Positions 45,507-57,243 of a DNA stretch of 64,000 bases are shown piece by piece. The translations under genes and the position numbers were made by a program. The notes below the pieces were generated by a model. The model was given only the letters and a program-made list of their open reading frames with translations, did no database searches and was not told the origin of the DNA. Each line of letters opens with the position of its first letter. The stretch's first letter is position 1. The DNA is from an uncultured Gemmatimonadales bacterium (lineage in GTDB: Bacteria > Gemmatimonadota > Gemmatimonadetes > Gemmatimonadales > GWC2-71-9), in contig CAWGED010000008.1 of the NCBI GenBank assembly GCA_963821525.1, positions 1 to 64,000 on the forward strand, read 5' to 3'.

Positions 45507-46674
45507 ATGACCGATTTCCGCGCGCTCGGCGCCTCGGATGCCGTGTGCAACGTGCTCTTGGAGCGGGGCATCGATGCACCCGTTCCCGATCCAGTCCCTC
45601 GTGATCCCGGAGGCGCTCCGAGGCGGCGACGTCCTCGCGAAGAGCCCGACCGGGTCCGGCAAGACGATCGCGTTCGCGATCCCGATCATCGAGTGCCTCG
45701 ACCTCGACGCGACCAAGCCGTCGGCGCTCGTGCTCGTGCCGACGCGCGAGCTCGCCGCCCAGGTGACGGAGGAGATCGAGATCGTCGGCGCTCCGCGCGG
45801 CGTCCGCGCCGCGGCGGTGTACGGCGGCGTGCCGCTGAAGCGGCAGGCCGACGAGGCGCGGCGGGCGCACGTCGTCGTCGCCACGCCCGGGCGGCTGCAG
45901 GACCTCGTCGACCGGCGGATGCTCTCGATCGACCACGTCGGCGTGCTCGTCCTCGACGAGGCCGACCGGATGCTCGACATGGGCTTCAAGCCGCAGGTCG
46001 ACCGGCTCGTCCGCCGGCTGCCGGAGAACCGGCAGACGATGTTCTTCTCGGCCACGCTCGACGGCGAGGTGGGCGAGCTCGCGCGCCGGTACACACGCAA
46101 TCCGTCCCGGTTCGAGGGCGAGCTGCCGGAGGAGCGCCGCAGCGGCGAGGTCGACCATCGCTTCATCCCGGTCACGGCCGACAACAAGGTGCAGACGCTC
46201 GTCGAGCTCCTGCCCGGCGACGACGGCCTCGCGCTCGTCTTCGTGCGCACGAAGGCCGGTGCCGACCGGCTCGTGCAGAAGCTCCGCCGCCACGACGTCG
46301 ACGCCGTCGCGATCCACGGCGACAAGGCGCAGGCGCAGCGCGAGCGCGCGCTCGAGCGGTTCGACCAGGGCAAGGTGCGGACGCTCGTCGCCACCGACCT
46401 CGCCGCGCGCGGGCTCGACGTCGAGCGGATCACGCACGTGATCAACTTCGACCCGCCCGACGAGCCGGACGCGTACACGCACCGCGTCGGCCGCACGGGA
46501 CGAGCCGGCCGCGGCGGCATCGGGATCACGCTCGTCCTCCCCGAGCAGCAGGCCGAGGTCAGCCGCGTCGCGCGGTTCCAGGGCCACACCGAGCAGTACC
46601 AGGCCGCCGGCCTGACGCTCGCCCGGCCGAGGCTCGTCTACACGTCGCGGCGGGGCCGGAGGTCGAAGTGGTAG
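45507..46674 (+). CDS. DEAD-box RNA helicase
   Basis: SPTGSGKT, PTRELA, TPGRL, DEADRMLDMGF, SAT, ARGLD, HRVGRTGRAG. Confidence 0.95.
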
Positions 46675-47114
46675 ACGAGCGCCTGACCGCGAGCCAGGCC
46701 GAGACGCTCAGGGCCGAGCTCGAGGAGCTCGAGGGCCCGCGCCGCACCGAGGTGGTCGCGGCGATCAAGAAGGCACGCGAGTTCGGCGACCTCTCGGAGA
46801 ACTTCGAGTATCACGCCGCGAAGAACGAGCAGGGCCTGCTCGAGGCGCGCATCCGCACGCTGCGGGCGCGGCTCGACCACGCCGAGATCGTCCCGGAGGC
46901 GACCGGCGAGGAGGTCGGGATCGGCTCGGTCGTCGAGATCGAGGACGAGAGCGGCGAGACGATCACGGTCGAGGTCAGCGCCGTCGGCGGGTCGGGCACG
47001 GTCTCGCCGACCTCGCCGCTCGGCTCGGCCGTCCTCGGGCACAAGGTCGGCGAGACGGTCGAGGTCTCCGCGCCGCGCGGTGCGTGGCACGCCACGATCC
47101 GCGCGATCCGCTGA
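46668..47114 (+). CDS. greA: Transcription elongation factor GreA
   Basis: AREFGDLSENFEYHAAKNEQ, VSPTSPLGSAVLGHKVGE. Confidence 0.92.
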   Translation: MVDERLTASQAETLRAELEELEGPRRTEVVAAIKKAREFGDLSENFEYHAAKNEQGLLEARIRTLRARLDHAEIVPEATGEEVGIGSVVEIEDESGETITVEVSAVGGSGTVSPTSPLGSAVLGHKVGETVEVSAPRGAWHATIRAIR

Positions 47115-47927
47115 ATGCGTACGACGGCTGGAGACTGCTCACGCGGATGACCTGCTCGCTGCGTCGGTCCTGGATCGTTGCCGGACTACATCGGCGCGGT
47201 TTCGTGATATTCGAGAGAGGGGCGTTGGAGAGCGGGCTGACCGGAGCGAACTGGTCTGGTTGCTCACCGCGCTCCCCGGCAAGGCGCCTCTGGCCGGAAC
47301 CAGCCCTCACGGCCGAATTCACGGCCGCCAAGGCCCGTGTCCGGATCGGCCGGCTGCAATCGCTACTCCGGCAAGGTCAGGACGATCGGCGGCACGATTC
47401 GGATCTCGTCGCTCGCGTCGACGGAGATGGCCTGCCAGCCCAAGATCATGACGCAGGAAAGCGCGTATCTGAAGGTTCTCTGCGTCGGCACGCCGCTACA
47501 GCGTCAACGGGGGAACGCTGACGCTCGAGGACGCTCGGCGGGCGGGTGCTCGGGACGTTCAAGGCGCAGTCCCAGCAGCTCGCGGGACTCTCCTGGACCG
47601 TCGTCTCCTACAACAATGGCAAGGAGGCCGTCGAGAGCGTGCTCGCCGCGACGAAGCTCACCGCCGTCTTCGGCGAAGGACGGCAACCTGACCGGGTTTG
47701 CCGGTTGCAACAACTACGCCGCGACCTACGCCGGCACCCCGCCGAAGCTCACGATCACGCAGGTGTCTTCGACGAGGAAGTACTGCGCGACGCCCACCGG
47801 AGCGATGGATCAGGAGGCCCGGTACCTCGCGGCGCTGGCCACGGCGGCGACCTACCGGATCGAGGGAAGCACGCTCGAGCTCCGCACGGCCTCCGGCGCC
47901 ACCGCCGCCGAGCTCCGGCGCAAGTAG
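47115..47927 (+). CDS. Tandem META-domain (HslJ-like) secreted protein
   Basis: Two repeats: SGSAGCNRYSG...STEMAC and TGFAGCNNY...STRKYC...QEARYLAAL. Confidence 0.85.
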
Positions 47928-48038
47928 CCGCGCCTCACGCGGTCAGCTCGTCGCGCAGGGTTTCACGGCCGTGCTCACCTGGTCTCTCCTGCACAGTGGC
48001 AGGTCTACCATGGGCACCCAGAGCAGGCCCCGCCTCGG

Positions 48039-48396
48039 ATGGCGAGCGCTCACCCCAGGGTGAAGCACTTCATCTACGTGAGCGTGGCTCAGCCGGCACC
48101 GGCCATGAAAGCGTACGTCGCTGCACGGGTTCGCGGGGAGCAGCTGATTCGGGACAGCGGGCTCAGCGCCACGTTCCTTCGCCCCTGGTACGTGCTGGGT
48201 CCAGGGCACTGGTGGCCTGCCCTGCTGTTGCCCGGCTACTGGCTGGCGGAGCTGACTCCTTCTCTCCGGCAAACGGCGAGGCGCCTGGGCCTCGTCTCCC
48301 GTCCTCAGATGGTGCGAGCCTTGGTGCACGCCGTTGAGCAGCCGGTCAGTGGAGTTCGCGTCATTGATGTCGCCAATATTCGCAAGGTCACACTGA
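48039..48396 (+). pseudogene. NAD(P)-binding NmrA/SDR-like protein, C-terminal fragment only
   Basis: VKHFIYVSVAQPAPAMKAYVAAR..GE....ATFLRPWYVLGPGHWWP. The Rossmann N-terminus is missing at the junction. Confidence 0.7.
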
Positions 48397-48399
48397 CCG

Positions 48400-50072
48400 G
48401 AGGAGCTGACACGCTTCGTCTGTCGGTCGGGTTCATTGGTTTGATGGTTGGTCTCCGCAGGTGGCGAAATCCTGAGTTACGACACCATCCTCCGCCACGG
48501 TACCGTCTATGACGGGACCGGCGCTGCCCCGGTCACCGCCGACGTCGCGATCAAAGGCGATACCGTCGCCGCGATTGGAGATCTCTCGAAGGCTCGCGGC
48601 AAGGTCGAGCTCGACGTCACCGGCCTGGCGGTGGCGCCCGGCTTCATCAACATGCTGAGCTGGGCCACCGAATCGCTGATCGAAGACGGGAAGTCGCAGG
48701 GCGAGATCCGCCAGGGCGTGACCCTGGAGATCATGGGCGAAGGGGAATCCATGGGTCCCTGGTCCGACTCGCTCAAGGCGAAACAAGGCCAACCAGGGCG
48801 ATATCAAGTACGACATTCAATGGACCACGCTGGGCGAGTACCTGGATTTCCTGGAGCGCAAAGGCATTGCCACAACGTGGCGTCGTTCGTCGGGGCGACG
48901 ACGATCCGGAAAAACGTGATCGGCTACGCGACCGGCCGCCGACCGCAGCCGAGCTGAACCCATGCGCGCGCTGGTGAAGCAGGCGATGGAGGAGGGCGCC
49001 TTCGGCATCGGCTCGGCGCTCATCTATGCCCCGGCCTTCTACGCCAGCACCGACGAGCTGGTCGAGCTTTGCAAGGTCGCGGCGCCCTACGGAGGGATGT
49101 ACATCAGCCACATGCGGAGCGAAGGCAACCGTCTGCTCGAAGCGGTGGACGAGCTGATCCGGATCTCGCGCGGGCCGGGATACCCGCCGAGATCTATCAT
49201 CTCAAGGCAGCAGGGAACGCGAACTGGCCGAAGATGGACGAGGTAATCCAGAAAGTGGATGCAGCCCGCGCAGCCGGACATCGAATCACCGCCGACATGT
49301 ACACCTATCCGGCCGGCGCGACCGGGCTCGACGCGTCGATGCCGCCCTGGGTGCAGGAGGGGGGACTGCGGGAGTGGATCAAGCGGCTCAAGGATCCGCG
49401 ATCCGCGCGAAGGTCGTGCGCGAGATGAAAACCCCGACCGACAAATGGGAGAGCCTCTATCTCGCCGCGGGGTCCCCCGATCGGATATTGCTCGTCGCCT
49501 TCAAGGAAGACTCTCTGAAGCCCCTCACCGGAAAAACCCTTGCCGAAGTCGCAAGGATGCGAGGCAAGTCGCCGGAGGAGACGGCGATGGATCTCGTGAT
49601 CCAGGATGGCAGCCGGGTGGGCACGGTGTATTTCCTGATGTCCGAGGACAACATCAGGAAAGAGGTACCCCTGCCATGGGTGAGCTTTGGCTCCGACGCC
49701 GAGTCGGAGGCGCCGGAAGGAGTGTTCCTCAAGTCGAACCCCCATCCAAGGGCCTACGGGAATTTTGCGCGGGTCCTCGCCAAGTACACGCGTGACGAAA
49801 AGCTGATGCCGATGGCCGAGGCGATCCGCAAACTTTCAGGTTTGCCCGCCGCGAATCTAGGGCTCAAGCATCGGGGCAACCTGAAGGCGGGTTACTTCGC
49901 CGACATCGCCGTCTTCGATCCCGGGAAAATCCAGGATCACGCGACCTTCGATAAGCCGCACCAATACGCGACGGGAATGGTGCACGTGTTTGTGAATGGC
50001 ACCCAGGTGCTCAAGGATGGGGAGCACACGGGGGCGCTGCCGGGACGGGTGGTGGTGAGAGGGAGGGATTAA
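48400..50072 (+). CDS. N-acyl-D-amino-acid deacylase (D-aminoacylase)
   Basis: GTVYDGTG, VAPGFINMLSW, YISHMRSEG, EIYHLKA, DMYTYPAG, HPRAYGNFARVL, GYFADIAVFDP. Confidence 0.92.
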
Positions 50073-50138
50073 AAGAGATTGAAGATTGAGGGATTGAGGA
50101 TTGAAATTAGAAAATTGCAAATTGAAAATTTCAAATTG
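50073..50138. repeat. AT-rich degenerate heptamer repeat ((G/A)ATTGAA/G-like)
   Basis: GATTGAA GATTGAG GGATTGAG GATTGAA ATTAGAA AATTGCA AATTGAA between convergent genes. Confidence 0.75.
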
Positions 50139-52195
50139 GGCTGTCAGGTGTGATCGGAGCTCCGGGATGAGGTGAGTAGAGCCTTGGCAGCGGCGATGGC
50201 ATCTGGCTGCCCGTGAGGGCGACCAGGTCGCCCGCCTGGAGCCGTTCTCCGGCGTCGGGGAACGGGATGCGGCGGTCGCCGCGGAGCAGCCCGAGTATGG
50301 TGGCCCCGGTCCGGCCACGGAGATTCAGCTCGGTCAGGGTGCGGTCATCCGCCTCACTTCCTTCGCCTACGTGTGCTGCCGTGAAGTCACCGAGGCCCGG
50401 CAGCAGGCGACGGGCAAGATCAACGCTGGAGTCCGCCGCCGATTGCTTCGCGAGGGCGGCAACAACCACCTCCGCCCCAGCCTTGAGATGACCCTGTAGT
50501 TCACTCGCGCTGCGATAGAACCCGATTCCGAGCAGCGCCAGCACTCCCGCCAGGACCAGAATCCCCCCGAAGGGCGGCAGAAACGGCTGAGTGATCGCGA
50601 CGAGTGGCGCTCCCACCAGGAGCACCACCGCGATCTGCATCGTCAGCCCCATGAGCCGCCGTGGGGCGAACGCGTTATCCACTTTCCCGCGGCCCGGCGG
50701 TGGCAGCGCGGCCGCGGCGAGTCCGAGGCCGAGCCGCCGCGCCACGGCGACAATACCAAACACGAACGGCGCCAACAGGGCGAGCGTGACGAGAACGAGC
50801 AGACAGGCGCCCCACGCCGGCTGAGAGACCAACCTGCGTGCCGATCAGGTCTATGAGGCGACGATGCACGATGGGGTAACCAAGCACGATGGCCAGGACG
50901 GCGAGGGCGTCCAGCAACAGCAGCCAGAGCAATCGGCCCACAGCGGGAAGGGAACCTCGGGCAGGGCTGCGGCGCAACGCTTCGACCCATGTCCCATACA
51001 GTGAGGCAAAGGACTGAAGCGGGTGGGGCAGCTTGCGGTCCACGTATCCCGCGAGCGCCGGAGCGTACCGCACGGTCCAGGGCGTAGTGAAGGCGGTAAT
51101 AGCCGAAACGGTGATGGCCACCGCGTAGAGCTCGGACGGTACCGCACCCAGTTGCAAGCCTACGGCCGCGATGATGAACGAGAACTCTCCGATCTGCGCC
51201 ATACTCATGCCGGTCCGCACCGCGGTGCGGACTCCGCGTCCCGCCAGAAAAGAGCCCACCGATACCGAGGCCAGTTTGCCCATTGTGACGATGAGCAGAA
51301 AGAGGAGCACCAGCGGCCAGTGCTCTCGAAGTCCCCCGAAATCGAATTGCATCCCCACCGCCACGAAGAAAATCGCCGCAAACATGTCGCGAACCGGCCG
51401 GATTTCCCGCTCGATCTGGCGCCCGGCGCCAGACTCGGCGACCAGACAGCCGGCGAGGAAGGCGCCGAGAGCGACCGAGTAGCCGAAGGCCCGAGCTACG
51501 GCAGCCATGCCAAAGCAGAAACCCACACCAACCAGCACCATTGTCTCCGGCCGCCAATGCTGGGCCGCAGCGCGCACCGCGCGGGGAACGACCAGCATGC
51601 CCGCCGCCAGCATGACGAGCAACGCCAACGCGAGACCGGCGAGACCACGGCCAACCAGAGAAATCGTCAGGGCACCGGTAGAGGCCACCGAGGTGAGAAT
51701 CGTGAGCAGCAGGACCGCCGCGAGGTCCTCGAAGATCAGCACCCCGAAGAGGAAGTCCTTGAACTCCCGCGCCGGCGGCTCTTCTTCGAACGTCTTCACG
51801 ATGATCATCGTACTGGAAATCGCTACGACTCCAGCCGCGAAGAGACTGGCGAGCGAGGTCCACCCGAGGAGATGGCCGACGGCATAGCCCAGCACCAGCA
51901 TGCCGCTGACTTCGACGGCCGCGGCGAGCCCGGCGGTTGGGGCGAGCGCGACTACCTGTTGCACGCGGAACTCCAGCCCGATGCTGAACATCAGCAAGAC
52001 GATGCCCAGCTCCGACAGAGTCTGGATCGATGCTTCGTCGGCGATGAGGCGGGGAGGAGTTCGGGGACCGACCAGGAAGCCGGCCAGCAGGTAGCCAAGG
52101 ACAACCGGCAGCTTGAGCCGCTGGCAGGTGAGCGCCGTGATCGCGGCGGTCACCAGAACAATGGCAAGGTCGCGAAGAAAATTGTGGACTGGCAT
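50131..52195 (-). CDS. CPA2 cation:proton antiporter with C-terminal TrkA-C domain
   Basis: LPVVLGYLLAG, ELGIVLLMFSIGLEF, ISSTMII, LIFEDL, AQIGEFSFII; C-terminal LNLRGRTGATIL. Confidence 0.92.
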
Positions 52196-52202
52196 CGAAA
52201 GT

Positions 52203-52350
52203 ACGTGAGACGTAAGAAGTGAGACGTGAGACGTGAGACGTGAGACGGAACGTGGACCGATAGACCCTGCGTGCAAGTCGCCAGCCATCCGAGTCTGGCT
52301 AACGTCCCAGTCTTATCTCTTACGCCTCACCTCTCACGTCCCACGTCTTA
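52203..52350. repeat. GTGAGAC heptamer tandem array with a complementary degenerate array
   Basis: (GTGAGAC) about 6 copies at 52205-52246; complementary-type GTCTTAT/CTCTTAC/GCCTCAC/CTCTCAC/GTCCCAC/GTCTTAC at 52310-52351. Confidence 0.8.
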
Positions 52351-52794
52351 CCTCCTCCGACCCAGAAGGCGAAGGGCTCTGACGACCCGCTGCTGCGCAG
52401 CCGAGTGCTTCACCGCCAGGAAGATCGTGTCGTCGCCGGCGAGGGTTCCGACCACATCGGCCCAGGCCAGGCGGTCGATGCGGCACCGACCCGGTTGGCC
52501 TCGCCGGGCGGGGTGTGCAGCACGATCAGCGCGTCGCCCGCAGGCTCCAGCGTGAGCACGCCCTCTGCGATCCGGCGCTCGTCGGGATGTCGGTGTCGAC
52601 AACGCGGGCGGGCCGCCGATAGGCGCCGTCCACCTTCACCAGGCGCAGCGCAGCGATATCGCGGCTGACCGACGACTGGGTCACCTCCCAGCCTTCGGCC
52701 GCCAGCGCCTCCGCCAGCTCCTCCTGGGTCCGGATCGCCCGGGTGCTGATCAGCTCCAGGATCTTGAGATGGCGCTTCCGCGGTCGGCGGTCAT
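52348..52794 (-). CDS. argR: Arginine repressor
   Basis: [11 protein letters not shown]...[28 protein letters not shown]. Confidence 0.95.
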
Positions 52795-54193
52795 TCGGCT
52801 CGCCGTCTGGTTCCCGGGCCGCGCAGCCGGCCGAGGGCCCCGTCGAAGCGCCGGCGCTGCCGGTTGGCCCAGCTGCGGCCCGCCGGAGCCTCGCCCGTGC
52901 CGGCCAGACCGAGGTTGCCGAGCCCTCCGGTGGACCGGCGGCGGGCGATGATCTCGGCGGTGGCGGGCTCACGCCAGAAGTCGCCCTCGCGGATAGCGGC
53001 AGCCACCTCGCGATAGGCGGAGCGGAAGGCCCGCCCCGCCTCGACCCGCCGCATCACCTCGTCGGTGGCGAGCGCGCCGCCCGAGAGGATCGGCGCCGCA
53101 CCGCCGGATCCACCGAGAGTCGCGGCACCGCGATGGCCATCATCGAGAGCATCCCTTCCGGCCGGTCGAGCCCGCGCATCAGCGGCTCCTTGAGCAGCTG
53201 GAAGTCGCGGTGATAGCCGCCGGTGAGCTTCGCCTTGATCTGCAGCACCGTCGCCAGGTCGCCCTCGAGCGCGGCGGCGCGGCTCCGGGTCAGCTCGAAG
53301 AGATCGGGATTCCGCTTGTGCGGCATGATGCTCGACCCGGTAGCGAGCTCGGCCGGCAGGACCAGATAGCCGAACTCCTCGGCGCTGAAGAGGATCACGT
53401 CGCTGGAGAGCTTGGCGAGGTCGTGGCCCAGCTGGGTGCACCAGAAGAGCACCGCGGCCTCGAGCTTGCCGCGGCCCTCTGCACCGAGGCCACATTGTGC
53501 TCGAGCCCGGCGAAGCCGAGCGCGCGCGCCGCCGCTTCGCGCTTGAGCGGGAGCGGCACGCCGTATCCCGCCGCGCTGCCGAGCGGCGAGCGATCCACCC
53601 GGGGCCAGAGCGCCGGGAGCGCTTCGACCGTGTCGAGCAGGCCCTCGGCGAAGGCCGCCGCCCACAAGCCCGGCGGAGGACGGCATGGCGCGCCGCTGGT
53701 GGGTGTATCCCGGCCAGAGACCGTGCTGGTGTCGGGCGAACGAGAGCAGGCCGTCCACCAGGTCCAGCGCCTCGTCCTGCAGGTGAAGCAGACGGTCCTT
53801 GAGAAAGAGCCGGAGGTCGCAGGCGACCTGGTCGTTCCGCGAGCGGCCGGTGTGCAGCCGCTCGCCGGCAGGCCCGAGTCGCCGGGTGAGCCAGTCCTCG
53901 ACCGCGGTGTGCACGTCTTCGTGCCGGGCCGACGCGAAGGGTTCCTGCATCGACCGCCGCCAAGGCGGCGCGCAGCCCGGCGCGGATGCGGCGGTATTCC
54001 GCCGGAGTGAGCAGGCCCGACGCGCGGAGACCCTCGACGTGGCCCAGGCTGCCGAGCACGTCCCAGGCGAGCAGCCGGGCGTCCCACAGCCGGTCCTCGC
54101 CCGCGGTGTAATCGAGCATCAGCCGGTCCAGGGCGGCCGGCGGGACCACAGCGTAGTTGGCGGGCGGGCGGTGCCCCGGGCGCGCTTAGTCAT
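52791..54193 (-). CDS. argH: Argininosuccinate lyase
   Basis: [60 protein letters not shown]. Confidence 0.95.
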
Positions 54194-55253
54194 GCGAGAT
54201 ACGTCTCGGCGAGGTGTCGTAGAACAGGCGGGCCGCGGTCACCTCGGGCAGACTCACGCACTCATCAGGCGTGTGCGAGCGCCGGCTGGTGCCGGGGCCG
54301 CACTTGACCGCGTCGTGGTCGCGGAGGAAAACCCAGTCGGAGCAGGTGGGACTGCCGAACCGGCGAGCCTCGGGCCGGAACCCCGCCAGCGCGAGCAGGC
54401 GGGAGGCCGGCGGTGTCTCGCAGGGCACCAGCCGGTCGCGAGGTGACCACGACTTCGACATGCAGCGCGCGGCGCAGCACGTCGGCCACCTCGTCGTGGG
54501 TCCAGTCGGGCGTGCTGCGGACGTCGAGGATGGCCCGGGCCACCGGCGGCGTCACGTTCCGGCTGACGCCGGCCTCCAGCATGGTCGGCGTCGCGGTCGT
54601 GTGCCCGAGCACCGGATGGGCCGGTCGCCGAAGAGGCCGTCGAGCCGCACGAGGTCCTGGCGAGCGCGACCACGGCGTTGGTAACTCGCCGTCATCCGCG
54701 GCGTAGCCCGCGTGGCGCTGTCTCCCTGGGCGACCAGGTCCACCATCATCAGTCCGCGCTGCGCGATGGCGAACTCGAGATTGGTCGGCTCGCCCACGAC
54801 GGCGGCGTCGATGGGCCCGGCCCGCTCCACCGCCGCGGCATCGTGGTGTTCCTGGTCTCCTCGCCGTAGCCGAGGATGACCAGGAGGCGACCGCGCCGGA
54901 GCCGCGCCTGGCGGCCAGGTCCCGCGCGGCGCACAGCATCGCGGCCACCGACGCCTTGGCGTCGCCCGAGCCGCGGCCGTAGAGCCGGTTGCCTTCGATG
55001 GTCGGGGTGAACGGCTCGCGGGTCCAGCCCTCCCGGCGGGACACGATCGAGATGGGAGACCAGCGCGAGCGTGGGCCCGGGCCGCGCACCCGGATCCGAC
55101 CGGGACCGAGGCATCGTCCCGGCGAACGTCCAGGCCCCAGCCCGCGGACCTGCTCCTCGACACCGCGCGAGCGCCTCCTCCGTCGCCGCTGACCGAGGGG
55201 ATCGCCACCAGGTCCCGGAGCAGCGCGATCTCAGTCGGCAAGGTCGACGCCAA
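54186..55253 (-). CDS. argE: Acetylornithine/acetylcitrulline deacetylase (M20)
   Basis: LVAIPSVS, SHLD.VP, LYGRGSGDAKASVA, GEET, VVGEPT, SHTPDE; located in the arg operon. Confidence 0.88.
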
Positions 55254-56167
55254 GGTAGGTCGCCTTCTCCTTCCGGCCGACGATCATGGTGCCGCATCCG
55301 GCACCGGTGAACACCTCGAGCAGCAGGGCGTCGGGCGCGCGGCCGTCGATGATGTGGGTCCGCTCCACCCCGCCGGTGGCGGCCCGGATGCAGGCCTCGA
55401 CCTTGGGGCGCATGCCGCCGGAGAGCGCGCCGCTGGCCATGAGCCCCGCCAGGTCGTCGGGATCGGCGAAGGTGACCAGGCTCGCGGGGTCGTTGCGGTC
55501 GCGCAGCACGCCCGGCGCGCCGGTGAGGAAGATCAGCTTCTGCGCCTTGAGCGCCACGGCCAGCGACTCCGCCACGGTGTCGGCGTTGACGTTGAACACG
55601 TCGCCGTCGTCGTCGCCGGCGAGGCTCGCCACCACCGGCACGAAGCGCGCCTCCAGCAGCGTGATGAGCACGCGCGGATCGACCCGGTCGATGTCGCCGA
55701 CGTGGCCGAAGTCCACTTCGCGAGCGGTGCCGGCGTCGTCCACCACCTGACCGGCGGGCGGCGGTGGGCGGTGATCAGGTCGGCGTCCACGCCGCTCAGC
55801 CCGACCGCCTGCACCCCGTGCGCGCGGAGCGCGGCCAGCAGGTCGACGTTGAGCTGGCCCGCGTAGACCATCTTGGCCACCTCGAGCGCGCCGTCGTCGG
55901 TGACCCGCCGGCCGGCCACCATGCGCGGCTCCTGCGCCGAGCCGGCGGCTCAGGGCGGTCGCCTGCGGGCCGCCGCCGTGCACCACGACGAGGCGGATGC
56001 TGAGCGACGAGAGCAGCGCGAGCTGCGCGGCGACCTGGTCGAGCGCCTCCGGGTCGCGCGAGCACGTCGCCGCCGAGCTTGACGACGAAGACCTGGTCGC
56101 GGTAGGCGCGGACGTAGCGCAGCGCGCCTTTGAGGCCGGCGATGCCTTTGGTGGTGTCGATGGTCAC
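55231..56167 (-). CDS. argB: Acetylglutamate kinase (short form, no GNAT domain)
   Basis: VVKLGG, VVHGGGPQ, GRRVTD, FNVNAD, GGMRPKVEAC, HIIDGR..ALLLEVFT..GCGT. Confidence 0.95.
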
Positions 56168-56228
56168 GTTGCGTCGAGGTCTATGGTCGCTGATCGTTGG
56201 TCCAAGGCCATCGGTCATGAGTCGTAGG

Positions 56229-57243
56229 TCATGTTCCACCGAGCATCTTCAGCAGCAGCGCCCGCTGCGCATGCAGCCGGTTCTCCGCCTCGTCCACCAC
56301 CACCGAGTTGGGCCCGTCGAGCACCGCGTCGTCGATCTCGACGTTGCGGCGCACCGGCAGGCAGTGCATCACGACGCCTTGCCCCTCGCGGGTGGACTTG
56401 AGCCGCTGCGGGGTGAGCCGCCAGTCGCGCAGCGTCGCGCGGAAGGCCGCTCCTCCTCCGGCTGGCCGTACAGCTTGACCGAGCCCCACGACTTCACGTA
56501 GACCGCGTCGGCCCCGACGACGGCGTCGTCGGGATCGTCGATGATGTGCACGAACTCGCCGCCCTGTGCTGCGCGAGCGTGCCGGATCAGCGCAGTGTCC
56601 TCGGGATCGAGCTCGTAGCCCGGCGGGCGGGCGATGACGATCTCCATCCCCAGCTGCGCGGCCGCGAGCGCCGCGCTCGCCGGCACGGCGGTCGGCAGCG
56701 CCTTGGGGTGCCACGCCCAGGTCAGCACGAAGCGCTTCCCGCGGGTCTCCCCGAGCTTCTCCCGGAGCGTCATCGCGTCGGCCAGCTGCCTGGCAGGGGT
56801 GCCGCCGCGCGGACTCGAGGTTGATGACCGGCTTCTCGCAGTACCTGGCGAAGTTGCGCAGGATGCCGTCCTCCCGCGCGACGGCCCAGTCGCTGCCGCG
56901 GGGAAAGGACCGCACACCGACCGCGTCGGCGTAGCGGCCGAGGACCCGCGCGGCCTCGATGATGTGCTCGACGGTGTCCCGTCCATGACGGCGCCGTGCT
57001 CGGTCTCGAGCGACCAGCTGCCCTTGCCCGGCTCGAGCACCACGCCGTGGCCGCCGTGCAGGAACATCGCGGTCTCGAAGCTGGTGCGGGTGCGGAGGCT
57101 CGGATCCAGGAAGACCATCGCCAGCACCTTCCGCTCCAGCCCGCCGGACACCTCGCCCCGCTTGACCCGCGCGGCGAGCGCGAGCAGCGCGTCGATCTCC
57201 TCCGGCTCCAGTCCTCCACGGCCAGGAAGTCCCGCTTGGTCAT
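56229..57243 (-). CDS. argF': N-acetylornithine carbamoyltransferase
   Basis: [45 protein letters not shown] (AOTCase-type signatures). Confidence 0.9.

Noticed and set aside
52203..52250. Possible CRISPR array
   Set aside because: 7-bp tandem units with no spacers and no cas genes in the window
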